From an uncultured Gammaproteobacteria bacterium (GTDB lineage: Bacteria > Patescibacteriota > Patescibacteriia > UBA1558 > GWA2-36-10), in contig CAZWYP010000003.1 of the NCBI GenBank assembly GCA_964638415.1, forward strand, positions 1,150 to 65,149: a stretch of 64,000 bases of DNA, read 5' to 3'. The translations under genes were made by a program, and so were the position numbers. Below, piece by piece: positions 28,196 to 37,248 of this stretch; the first letter of the stretch is position 1, and the number at the start of each line of letters is the position of its first letter. Below the pieces are notes generated by a model. It was not told the DNA's origin. It ran no database searches and was given only the letters and a program-made list of their open reading frames with translations.

Positions 28196-28477
28196 TTATA
28201 ATAAGCTTAAAATTCTATTTTTCTCTTGTTCTAATATTTCTGTATCGTATTCTCCGGAATGGGCAGTGTGCCCTTTATAGGATGCCTTTTTCTGATCTAA
28301 ATGCAGCTTAAACTGAATCCCCTGCTTAGTTAAATCCACATACAAATGGAAGCGCGGGTAATTCTCCCGACCTAACAATCTAAGGTAGCTGTCATTAAAC
28401 TTAGACGGATGATAGCCAAGCTTCCTCATTAGATTAGGAAGATTATAACCCCCGGAATTGACTGTAGAAAATTTCAT
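28196..28477 (-). CDS. Conserved hypothetical protein (YPRFH motif)
   Basis: Short ORF coupled between rseP and proS. The ATG at 28477 avoids overlap with rseP. Confidence 0.7.
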   Translation of the reverse strand: MKFSTVNSGGYNLPNLMRKLGYHPSKFNDSYLRLLGRENYPRFHLYVDLTKQGIQFKLHLDQKKASYKGHTAHSGEYDTEILEQEKNRILSLL

Positions 28478-28482
28478 TCTCT

Positions 28483-29586
28483 TTAAAAAATATTCTTTAT
28501 CCCTTCCCAAATCTGCCGGCCATAGCGGCTGACATCTCGCCAGGTAATAAAGACGAACAAGATCATCAGCAGGATAAAGCCGCTGTTATGGATAGCTGCT
28601 TCCACCCGATCACTTAATTTCCTGCGAGATAATTTCTGCGCTAAGACAAATAATAACCGTCCGCCATCCAAAGCCGGAAAAGGCAGGATATTAACTACTC
28701 CCAAATTAATAGACAATACTGCGGCAAATTGCAAGATATAAATCCAGCCAAGTTTTACTACCTGTCCGGTAATTACCGCTACGCCAATCGGGCCGGACAA
28801 AGCAGCGTCTACCTGCCCCTTAGTAATTAAATTGGCTAATAAATTATAGAGAGCGGCGAAAATCTGACCAATCATTAATACTGTAGTCTTTAAGCCCTGC
28901 CAAATACTAGCCCAGAAGCCGTAAGAAACAATTCCAGCATCAATCATGCCGATACCTAGAATAGGCTGACCGCCTTCAGTAATTACTTCTGGCTTAACAT
29001 TAAAAACTTTTTCTTCCTCTCCCCGCTTAATAGTTAAGCCAATAGTCTCCTGATTATGCTCTTTGATTAAATTATACAGGCGATCTGAATCATTAATAGT
29101 CTCTTCATTAAACATTACTACCTGGTCGCCGATTTTCAAACCAGCTTTTTCCGCCGGACTTTGCGGTGCCACCTCAATGATCAGAGTTCGGCGATCGCGG
29201 ATGTCTTCATTAGGAAGATCTTTTTCAAAAGCCTGAGGCAAACCGACAAAAAATCCAATAGACAACAAAATAAAAGCCAAAAAGAAATTCATTATTACGC
29301 CAGCTGACAAGATAATGGTTTTCTTCCAGGCCGGCTGGTTAACAAAGCTTTTTGGATCTTCACTATTATCTCCCGACTCTCCTTTAATCTTTACAAAACC
29401 GCCAATTGGTATCCAGTTAATGGAATAAATTATTCCTTTACGCTTAATTTTAAACATGCGGGGCGGAAAGCCAATACCGAACTCTTCCACATCCACTCCC
29501 AGTTTAATGGCGCTAAAGAAATGCCCTAGTTCATGAACTAGGACTAAAATCCCCAAAATTAATATAAAAGCAATAATTGTCAGCAT
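28483..29586 (-). CDS. rseP: RIP metalloprotease RseP (M50) with PDZ domain
   Basis: HELGH, PIGGFV, NILPFPALDGG. Confidence 0.95.
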   Translation of the reverse strand: MLTIIAFILILGILVLVHELGHFFSAIKLGVDVEEFGIGFPPRMFKIKRKGIIYSINWIPIGGFVKIKGESGDNSEDPKSFVNQPAWKKTIILSAGVIMNFFLAFILLSIGFFVGLPQAFEKDLPNEDIRDRRTLIIEVAPQSPAEKAGLKIGDQVVMFNEETINDSDRLYNLIKEHNQETIGLTIKRGEEEKVFNVKPEVITEGGQPILGIGMIDAGIVSYGFWASIWQGLKTTVLMIGQIFAALYNLLANLITKGQVDAALSGPIGVAVITGQVVKLGWIYILQFAAVLSINLGVVNILPFPALDGGRLLFVLAQKLSRRKLSDRVEAAIHNSGFILLMILFVFITWRDVSRYGRQIWEGIKNIF

Positions 29587-30141
29587 TTAGATAGTCATTA
29601 TTTCTTTTTCTTTGGCCTCGCCCAGCAGCTTTATCTTCTCATTGTATTCCTTAGTGGCCTCGTCTAATTCTTCCAAAGCTTTGAATTTTTCATCTTCACT
29701 GATTAATTTTTCCCGCTCCGCATCAAGAATTTGATCCTTAATCTTCTCTCTGGTCATTTTAATACTTACCTTGCCGTCTTCCACTTTCTTATTGAGCAGC
29801 TTTACTAATTCTTTTCTATTCTCTTCTGTTAAGGGAGGAAAATTAAGACGGACTAAATCACCATCTACAATAGGATTAACCCTTACATCCGAAGCAGTAA
29901 TTGCCCGTTCAATATCCTTAAGAATATTCCGGTCCCACGGCTTAATAACTATGGTCTGCGGCTCCGGCGCCATGATGGAAGCTAATTGCAATAATTCCGT
30001 CTTAGTCCCATAAGATTCCACTAAAATCTTTTCTACCAAACTAGGACTAACCCGGCCAGTGCGTAGAGAACCGATTTCATTTTTTAAATGCTCTAAATTT
30101 CCTTCAAAAGAACTTAAATTATCTTTAACTAAACTATGCAT
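29587..30141 (-). CDS. frr: Ribosome recycling factor
   Basis: LRTGR, PPLTEENRKELVK, KEKEIM. Confidence 0.97.
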   Translation of the reverse strand: MHSLVKDNLSSFEGNLEHLKNEIGSLRTGRVSPSLVEKILVESYGTKTELLQLASIMAPEPQTIVIKPWDRNILKDIERAITASDVRVNPIVDGDLVRLNFPPLTEENRKELVKLLNKKVEDGKVSIKMTREKIKDQILDAEREKLISEDEKFKALEELDEATKEYNEKIKLLGEAKEKEIMTI

Positions 30142-30148
30142 AAAAATT

Positions 30149-31312
30149 TTACTGATTAATCGTAAATAATCCTAAATAAATATACTTATTGTCCGGGGAA
30201 ATTTCTATGGAATTCGTTGCCCTTTTAACCGGTAATTCGCTGATCTCCCAATTAATACCACCGTCTACCGTATGGTAAAAAGCATTATTGGTTCCGTAAT
30301 AAATATCCTGTCCGTTCAAAGGATTGACTGCTAAAGCATTCTTTCTTTCTCTTTTATCTGGGGTTAGCAAATTTATCTGCTCCCAGCGGTTATCTAGCAG
30401 TCTAAAGATACCAAGATCATTAGCATAAATCAAGCTATCTGGAACGCTGCGATCAATATCAATAGCGGTGAATAATTTAGTCCCTTTTAAGCGACCGAAT
30501 TCTTTAGGCTCTTCCTTTAATTTAATAGCGGTATACACCCCTTCTTTATTCTGCGGCTGAGAGTCGTCAATCTCATAAGCATCAAGTTTCATTAAATCTT
30601 CCCAAGTTAACCCAGCATCAATTGATTTAAAAATACCCTTGCTCTTAGTGGCCGCATAAACAATATTACTGTCGTTATGATTGAGCACTAAAATTTCCAG
30701 GATATCATCATCAAAACGGTAAATAACTTCCCAACTCAACCCTTCATCGCGGCTAACTAATAAAGACCCGCCGTTAGTGCCGGCATAAACCAAATCCGGA
30801 TTATCATAATTAATATTGATAGAGCGAATAAACTGATTCTCCCGAGATTCAAAATAAACCGTATCCCAAGTACGGGCGCAGTCCTCTGTCTTCCAAATCT
30901 TGTTATGGATAGCTACTAAAACAGTGCATTTATCTCTGGGACTAACCACTATACCATTAACTCTCCCCTGATTAGCTAAAGTATTAAACCAGCCCTTGCC
31001 AATGTTATAGGTATAATAAACGCCATTAGTCTGCGTTCCCAGCCAAATGGCATTGGTATCCTGCGGATCAAAAGCCATCGTGGTAATATTAGCAGCACCA
31101 AAATTAGCTGACTTGCCGTCAGAGGTATATAAATTATTGCGCTGTGTCCAACTCTTGCCATTATCATCAGAAACAAAAAAGCTACCTAAGGCTTCTTTAG
31201 CCGACTGGCTGGTATTATTAGTTTTAACGTTAATTAAGCAGCCAGATAAAACTAAGGGCAAAAAAATAATTAAAGCTAAATTTTTATTTTTCTTTATTTG
31301 TGACCAAAACAT
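30149..31312 (-). CDS. Lipoprotein with BNR/Asp-box repeats (YCF48/sortilin-like beta-propeller)
   Basis: LSGC lipobox; repeated S/TxDxGxxW (SDDNGKSW, SRDEGLSW, SIDAGLTW, TVDGGINW). Confidence 0.82.
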   Translation of the reverse strand: MFWSQIKKNKNLALIIFLPLVLSGCLINVKTNNTSQSAKEALGSFFVSDDNGKSWTQRNNLYTSDGKSANFGAANITTMAFDPQDTNAIWLGTQTNGVYYTYNIGKGWFNTLANQGRVNGIVVSPRDKCTVLVAIHNKIWKTEDCARTWDTVYFESRENQFIRSININYDNPDLVYAGTNGGSLLVSRDEGLSWEVIYRFDDDILEILVLNHNDSNIVYAATKSKGIFKSIDAGLTWEDLMKLDAYEIDDSQPQNKEGVYTAIKLKEEPKEFGRLKGTKLFTAIDIDRSVPDSLIYANDLGIFRLLDNRWEQINLLTPDKRERKNALAVNPLNGQDIYYGTNNAFYHTVDGGINWEISELPVKRATNSIEISPDNKYIYLGLFTINQ

Positions 31313-31316
31313 ATTT

Positions 31317-32324
31317 TTATGTTTTTAAACTTAATATTAGATTTTCCCACAATAATTGCGGAGAAACATTTTTATTTATTTTATCTCTTAAATTATTAAT
31401 TGCTAATAGATTTTTCAACAGCCAAGCTATGGAAAAATTTCCCGCCATTTTTTTCAACTGATCTTCATAAAGATTGTTAGCCGGCAGGCGCCCTAAATTA
31501 ATCCACAACATGTCCCTAATCATCAGCTCCAGAAAATTTAGCTGCTGCTTGGTTAAATTGCCTAATTCATAAATCTTATAATTAGGGTTTTCTTTCTTTA
31601 AGGATGCAAACCAGTTGTCCAAAGTCTGCAGGGCGGAAAAATCATCATCATTCAGTATCTTCAATAACCAATCAATGTGCTGGCGAAAACTCTGCAAATT
31701 ATCTTCAATGAATTCCAGAGCCAGTCCTGGCTTGCCGAAAGATAAATTAGCCACTGTTTCTTTTTCTCGGGCAGTAAACTTAAAATTATTCAGCCAATCC
31801 AGCATTTCTTGTTTATTAAGCGGGCGGAATTTCAACAGCTGGCAGCGGGAAATAATAGTGGAAGGCAAAGCCTTAAGCTGTTCGGCAATTAAGATAATGG
31901 TAGTCTTCTGCGGCGGCTCTTCAATTACTTTTAATAAAGCATTGCCGGCAAATAAATTAAGCTTGTCCACCTGGTAAATAATTGCCAGCTTCTGTCCTCC
32001 CATCACGCCCGTCAAAGATAGTTTAGCCAGAAATTCCTTAATGCTGTCTGCCGATAAATCTTCCTGGTTTTTTCCTAAGACATACAAATCCGGATAGCTT
32101 TCTTGCTTAACCAGCCTGCAAGCTGAACATTGTTGGCAGGGAATATTGGACTTGCTCTGGCACCACAAGCTCTGGGCAAAATACTGGACAATCAGCTTCT
32201 TACCTAAACCTTTTGGACCATAAAACAAATAAGCATGGGCTAGCTGATTTTGCTTCAAGCTTTCCTGTAAAAATCTTATCTGCTGTTTATGACCATAAAT
32301 TGGCCAATTTAATTGCGCTGACAT
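31317..32324 (-). CDS. holB: DNA polymerase III subunit delta'
   Basis: HAYLFYGPKGLGK, Cys cluster, NALLKVIEEPP, TIISRC; start moved to MSAQL. Confidence 0.9.
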   Translation of the reverse strand: MSAQLNWPIYGHKQQIRFLQESLKQNQLAHAYLFYGPKGLGKKLIVQYFAQSLWCQSKSNIPCQQCSACRLVKQESYPDLYVLGKNQEDLSADSIKEFLAKLSLTGVMGGQKLAIIYQVDKLNLFAGNALLKVIEEPPQKTTIILIAEQLKALPSTIISRCQLLKFRPLNKQEMLDWLNNFKFTAREKETVANLSFGKPGLALEFIEDNLQSFRQHIDWLLKILNDDDFSALQTLDNWFASLKKENPNYKIYELGNLTKQQLNFLELMIRDMLWINLGRLPANNLYEDQLKKMAGNFSIAWLLKNLLAINNLRDKINKNVSPQLLWENLILSLKT

Positions 32325-32454
32325 TACTAATAAAATAACATTTTTAGAGTAAAAAATCAATAAAGATAAATTACCACTACCTTGACAAAACTGTATATAT
32401 ATACTATTCTAGCCAATTAAAGTGTACGCTACAAATTTCAACCGAGAGGTTAGA

Positions 32455-32916
32455 ATGAATTCGCTTGATCAGCTTGTCAAAATGCTTCCGTTCTTGTCTA
32501 AATTATTAGAACAAGCACCTGAAGTGCCCCACAATCCCAGTCCGGAAAAAACTGGCGGCTACCTGACTGTCAGAAGGATTAGTGACGGGAAAATACTGCT
32601 GGCAGTAGGCATCGGCAGCTTGGATGAAAACAAACGGGCAAAATACCATGAGTTTTCTCTGGAAAAAGCCAACCGGCTGCTGACAAATTCAGAACATCTA
32701 TCCAGCTGGCAAAGCCGGGATCCTGCCAACGGCAAATGGGGCGGTGCTATTCGCGCTACCAAAGGCGATGTCATCATCTCTTTTTCCGGCTTGCCGGAAT
32801 TGCTGGATGAAGCTGTGTGCCTGAGACTGGCTATTGAATTTGACCTGATTGATGAAAATACCCACAATGAGATCAAAGGAATCAGCCAAAACCAATTTGT
32901 TGAACCGGCCTATTGA
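32455..32916 (+). CDS. Hypothetical protein, weakly GlcG/HbpS (heme-binding)-like
   Basis: Reads on the + strand although the track lists it as minus. GAGAGG SD before ATG 32455, TTGACA/TATTCT promoter; WGGAI...SFSGLPELLDE resembles the GlcG C-terminus. Confidence 0.7.
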   Translation: MNSLDQLVKMLPFLSKLLEQAPEVPHNPSPEKTGGYLTVRRISDGKILLAVGIGSLDENKRAKYHEFSLEKANRLLTNSEHLSSWQSRDPANGKWGGAIRATKGDVIISFSGLPELLDEAVCLRLAIEFDLIDENTHNEIKGISQNQFVEPAY

Positions 32917-32921
32917 TTACA

Positions 32922-32967
32922 AAGCGCCCCCTCAGACTTTAAGTCTTAAAGGGGCGCTTATTTTTTT
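32922..32967. terminator. Intrinsic terminator between convergent genes
   Basis: AAGCGCCCC...GGGGCGCTT followed by a T-run. Confidence 0.75.
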
Positions 32968-32975
32968 ATTGCCAA

Positions 32976-33371
32976 TTATCTTTTATCTAAAGCAACATTA
33001 ACTAATCTATCTGCTTCTTTATTCATTTCCCGCCGAACATGGGAAAAGGTTATTTTCTTAAAGCTCTGGGCTAGATTCCAGACTTTAACAAATAACTTAG
33101 CTAAATCCTGATCTTTCACCTTGTATTCCTTATTAATCTGCTTGACTACCAATTCACTGTCTAGAAAACAATGAAGCTCATCCACTTTATGCTGCTGCGC
33201 TAATTGCAAGCCAAATAACAAAGCTTTATACTCCGCCTGGTTATTGGTAGTCTCCCCGATATATTCCGAGAAAGTATGGCTTTTAGCATCAAGAATCAAT
33301 ACTCCGCCAATTGCAGCCGGACCGGGATTACCCCTAGCTCCGCCATCAGTAAATAATTTAGCTACCTTCAT
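32976..33371 (-). CDS. rnhA: Ribonuclease HI family protein
   Basis: FTDGGARGNPG, TNNQAEY, DSELVV, NKEAD. Confidence 0.95.
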   Translation of the reverse strand: MKVAKLFTDGGARGNPGPAAIGGVLILDAKSHTFSEYIGETTNNQAEYKALLFGLQLAQQHKVDELHCFLDSELVVKQINKEYKVKDQDLAKLFVKVWNLAQSFKKITFSHVRREMNKEADRLVNVALDKR

Positions 33372-35065
33372 TGTCTTAATTTCAAATCTCTAATTATTAA
33401 TTGGATCTCCCGATTACCATTCCACTGGTTGATATTCACATTATAAACAATATCCACGCGATGGCCAATGTCTAATTGCAGATTACCCTGGCCAAAAGCA
33501 ATTGCTCCCAGCTTTTTATCTTTCTTGACCAATTCCAATTTCCAATGATTATTATCTTTACCTACTCTTCTAGCATTAGTCACTAAAACATCTTCCGACA
33601 TGAATAGCGGTTCAGCATTAGCTTCGCCAAACGGCTCAAATTTAGCCAAGATATCTGCTAATTCCCAATTAATGTCAGTAAAATCTATGACTAATTCTAT
33701 TTTAAGCTTTGGCTCCAGATTAGCCTCAGCTAGTTTATCATTAGCTAATGATATTAAAGCTTCTTTTAATTTAGGAAAATTGTCTTTAGCTAGAGTAAAG
33801 CCGGCTGCCTGAGGATGGCCGCCGAATTTAACTAATAAGCTTTCATTAAGCTTTAAGCCTTCGGTAATGTTAAATCCTTCTACTGAGCGCCCAGAACCAA
33901 TAATATTATCTCCATTGTCAGTAGCTACAATGCAAGGCCTGTTATATACCCGCACTAAACGGCCAGCCGCCAGCCCAGTTAAACCAGCCGGCCAGTCACC
34001 TTGGTAAAAGATTAAAAGCTTATCTTGTAAATTAAGCGGCTGCTGCTGAGCTCTACTTACTACCTGCTCCGTTAATTTCTGCCGGTCAATATTTGACTGA
34101 TTCAAATCCTTGGCAAATTCCCCAGCTTTAGTCTCATCATTTTCATTTAAAAGATAATAAGCCAGATTAGCATGATCCATGCGCCCGGCGGCATTAATAC
34201 GCGGACTTAGCTGGTAGCCAATAGTCTGGGTGTCTATCTTATTCCTATCTACCCCCGCTACTTCTATTAATTTCCTTAAGCCTAAACGCTTGGTTTTCTG
34301 CAAAACAATCAAACCGTATTTTAACAAAGTCCTATTCTCTCCCAATAAAGGCTGGATGTCGGCTACCGTGGAAATAGCCACTAAATCCAATAGCCACTTT
34401 TCTATCTTCTCCCGCTCTTCCAGAGTTAATTTGCTTTGCGGACAGCGCAATAATCCCTGCACTAATTTAAAAGCCACTCCCCCGCCAGTTAAGAATTTAA
34501 AAGGATAACTTTCATCTACTTTGGGGTGAATGATCCCAACTGCCGGCGGTATCTGCTCGGGAACTGTATGATGATCGGTTACAATAACCTGCAAGCCTAA
34601 TTCATTGGCTAAAGATATTTCCTTAAAATCACTAATACCGCAATCGCAGGTAATTATTAATTTTGCGCCAAGATTAGCAAATTCCTTAACAGCTTCTTGA
34701 TTTAAACCATAACCTTCCCTTTCCCGATGAGGAATATATGTTTGGAATTTAGCCCCAATTTTCTCCAAAATAGTTGCTAAGATAGTGGCGGAAGTAACAC
34801 CGTCAGCATCATAATCTCCATAGATAATAATTAATTCCTTATTCTCCGCCGCCTGGTATATCCGCTCGCAGACTTTGGCCATGTCTTTAAATAAAAAAGG
34901 ATCATGAACATCCTGGCTATAGTCTGGATATAAGAACTCATCAATTTCCTTTTGCGTGCGCAAATTGCGGTTAAACAAAAGCTGCACCACCGCTGGATGC
35001 AACTCCGGGAAACTATCTAAGGCCTCCTGTTCTATTTTGTCCGGCATTTGCCACTGATAAGCCAT
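33368..35065 (-). CDS. recJ: Single-stranded DNA exonuclease RecJ
   Basis: GDYDADG, TCDCG, TDHH, PRINAAGR, GGHPQAAG. Confidence 0.96.
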   Translation of the reverse strand: MAYQWQMPDKIEQEALDSFPELHPAVVQLLFNRNLRTQKEIDEFLYPDYSQDVHDPFLFKDMAKVCERIYQAAENKELIIIYGDYDADGVTSATILATILEKIGAKFQTYIPHREREGYGLNQEAVKEFANLGAKLIITCDCGISDFKEISLANELGLQVIVTDHHTVPEQIPPAVGIIHPKVDESYPFKFLTGGGVAFKLVQGLLRCPQSKLTLEEREKIEKWLLDLVAISTVADIQPLLGENRTLLKYGLIVLQKTKRLGLRKLIEVAGVDRNKIDTQTIGYQLSPRINAAGRMDHANLAYYLLNENDETKAGEFAKDLNQSNIDRQKLTEQVVSRAQQQPLNLQDKLLIFYQGDWPAGLTGLAAGRLVRVYNRPCIVATDNGDNIIGSGRSVEGFNITEGLKLNESLLVKFGGHPQAAGFTLAKDNFPKLKEALISLANDKLAEANLEPKLKIELVIDFTDINWELADILAKFEPFGEANAEPLFMSEDVLVTNARRVGKDNNHWKLELVKKDKKLGAIAFGQGNLQLDIGHRVDIVYNVNINQWNGNREIQLIIRDLKLRQ

Positions 35066-35099
35066 AGATTTATATTTTAGCAATAATCTGTATTTTTGC

Positions 35100-35504
35100 C
35101 TAATCGCCTGACTTCTTTAGCTTCCTGACTTTTACCTTAATTACCTTGGCTTTGACTGTCTTAGACTTTACTTCGGCCACCGGCAAATTAACCACTGGTT
35201 CCGGTTCAATTACTTTCTCTGCTGTTTTAACTTTATGGTCTTTTTTCATTTCCAGCAGCCACCACCACAAACCAAAGACTAATAGTAACAACCCGGCAAT
35301 AACAAACCAGAAATAGACATTGTCAAAATTAAAAAATGAGGGATTGTCAAAATTATTAACCACCGCCTTATATTCCTCCCTTAAACTGGCTACCTGCTGG
35401 TTTAATTCCTGCAATTCCATTTCTGAATTCTGCAGATTATTAATTACTTCAGTAGTGGTATTTACTGTTTCCGTAGTAGTATTTTGTAAAATAATCTCTG
35501 CCAT
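35100..35504 (-). CDS. Hypothetical single-TM protein
   Basis: Coiled-coil N-terminus, one TM helix, basic tail. Confidence 0.6.
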   Translation of the reverse strand: MAEIILQNTTTETVNTTTEVINNLQNSEMELQELNQQVASLREEYKAVVNNFDNPSFFNFDNVYFWFVIAGLLLLVFGLWWWLLEMKKDHKVKTAEKVIEPEPVVNLPVAEVKSKTVKAKVIKVKVRKLKKSGD

Positions 35505-35506
35505 AA

Positions 35507-36493
35507 TTATAATTTATATTTGAGCAAATCCTGAGCAGTCAATAAGCCTACTTGCGCACCGATTTTCATCACCACGGAATTGCTATTTAAAATTCCCAGA
35601 TGCAAAGCTTTAGCCACTGTGTGGTATTTAATTAAGCCAGCCACAAAACCAGAACCGAAAGAATCTCCAGCACCAGTAGTATTAATTCCTTTTTTCTTGA
35701 AAGCCGGTCGGAAGTGGATTTGCTTGCCGTCAAAAACATAAGCGCCCTTAGGACCGTCTGTCACTACGGTAATCTGCTGTCCCCATTTATGCAAATTGCG
35801 CAGAATCTGCTGGATATTATCTTTAGGCTTATCTTTACTGACACTAACCAATAATTCCAAAGCTTCATCGCGGTTGACCATTAACACTTCGGTAGCTGGC
35901 AAATAACTGGCTAATTTTTTTAAACCCAATTGCAATTGCGGTTTGCCTGGATTCCAAGCTACTTTGATCTTTCTTTCTGTAAAATGGCTAAATAAGTCTT
36001 TCAATTTGGGATTTAAGCGATTATCTAAAGCCGCTAGATAAACCCATGGCGTCTTGATTTTCTTGATCACCTTTGGCGAAAAATCCAGCTGGGTATTGGC
36101 ACCGCGGTAGTTAAACAGAACATGCTCATTATATGAACCCACGTTGATAATAAAAGAAGTGCCGGTTTTAAACTTGTCATTAAACTGGATTAATCCGGTA
36201 TCTACTTTTTTTCTTTTTAATTCACGGTATGCTTCCTGGCCTAAATTGTCCCTACCTAAGCATAATAAGGTTTGGGTTTTAATTCCCAAAGAAGACAAAC
36301 CAACCGCCGTATTAGCTCCGCCGCCGCCCCAGACCAGATAAACTTCATCGCTGTATACTTTAGCGCCGTATTCAAAAGCAATCAGCTTCTGCTGCAATAA
36401 ATCCTGCTTATTATCCAAAATCAAGGCATCATCGGTGTAGAACATGATGTCCTGCGTTAAACCGCCAATAGTGGTAATAGTATTGCCCATCAT
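35507..36493 (-). CDS. PfkB family carbohydrate kinase
   Basis: GGGGANTA, NRDEA, TTGAGDSF. Confidence 0.92.
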   Translation of the reverse strand: MMGNTITTIGGLTQDIMFYTDDALILDNKQDLLQQKLIAFEYGAKVYSDEVYLVWGGGGANTAVGLSSLGIKTQTLLCLGRDNLGQEAYRELKRKKVDTGLIQFNDKFKTGTSFIINVGSYNEHVLFNYRGANTQLDFSPKVIKKIKTPWVYLAALDNRLNPKLKDLFSHFTERKIKVAWNPGKPQLQLGLKKLASYLPATEVLMVNRDEALELLVSVSKDKPKDNIQQILRNLHKWGQQITVVTDGPKGAYVFDGKQIHFRPAFKKKGINTTGAGDSFGSGFVAGLIKYHTVAKALHLGILNSNSVVMKIGAQVGLLTAQDLLKYKL

Positions 36494-36720
36494 TAAATAT
36501 ATCGCGAATAATCCCTAATGCGATTAATCACCATCTTAATAATATAGAAATAAACTAAAGTCATGCCGGAAATAAAGAAAACTCTCATGCCGAAACTTAC
36601 TTCATACTCGGCTAATTCCTGCACAACGGTAATGACAATCAATAAGCCCATGACCAGCATAGCCAGAAATATCAGGATCAGTAAGGTAAAAATAATCTCA
36701 ATGACTTTATGGACTTGCAT
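36493..36720 (-). CDS. Small two-TM membrane protein
   Basis: Two hydrophobic helices; stop overlaps the pfkB start; extended -10 6 nt before the ATG. Confidence 0.65.
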   Translation of the reverse strand: MQVHKVIEIIFTLLILIFLAMLVMGLLIVITVVQELAEYEVSFGMRVFFISGMTLVYFYIIKMVINRIRDYSRYI

Positions 36721-36748
36721 GAGAATATTATAACATTTTTTTTAATTG

Positions 36749-37207
36749 CTAGCGATACTGATTAAGATAATAACCAGCTGCTCCCATGGCCACCCCCACA
36801 TTCAATGACTCTTTTTTTCCTGACATCGGCAGATAAATAATCTTGTCTGCCTGCTTTAATAAGCTGGCAGAAATTCCCTTTACCTCATTACCGACTAATA
36901 GCGCTAAAGGAAATCTCGGCTTAAACTTAAGATAATTAACTGCTCCCTTGGTTTTTTCCAAAGCCACTAATTGTATTTTTTCTTTCCGCAATCTTTTAAT
37001 TAGCGCTGAAATATTTTTAAACTGCTCCCAGGGAATAAACTTATCCGCGCCTAAGGCTACTTTGCTAATCTCTTCCCTGGGCGGCGTGCCGGTATATCCC
37101 GTCAAATATATTTTATTAATTCCCAAAGCATCCGCCGTGCGGAACATCGTGCCGACATTATGCAGGCTGCGGATATTATGGACAATAAGGTAAAATTCTT
37201 TTTTCAT
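36749..37207 (-). CDS. TrmH/SpoU family RNA methyltransferase
   Basis: NVGTMFRTAD, GNEVKG, ESLNVGVA. Confidence 0.92.
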   Translation of the reverse strand: MKKEFYLIVHNIRSLHNVGTMFRTADALGINKIYLTGYTGTPPREEISKVALGADKFIPWEQFKNISALIKRLRKEKIQLVALEKTKGAVNYLKFKPRFPLALLVGNEVKGISASLLKQADKIIYLPMSGKKESLNVGVAMGAAGYYLNQYR

Positions 37208-37248
37208 ATTCTTTTAAATAAAAAAGAGCTGCTCTAAGCTCTTTTCTT

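Noticed and set aside
32391-32406. CTGTATATATATACTA resembling the E. coli SOS box
   Set aside because: The right half-site (CAG) is broken, the sequence is a simple AT run in a promoter spacer, and the local lexA promoter shows a different motif.
32422-32916. ORF track lists this protein on the minus strand
   Set aside because: GTG TAC GCT ACA AAT... (YATN) reads directly on the + strand from 32422. I annotated it as + with the SD-supported ATG at 32455.
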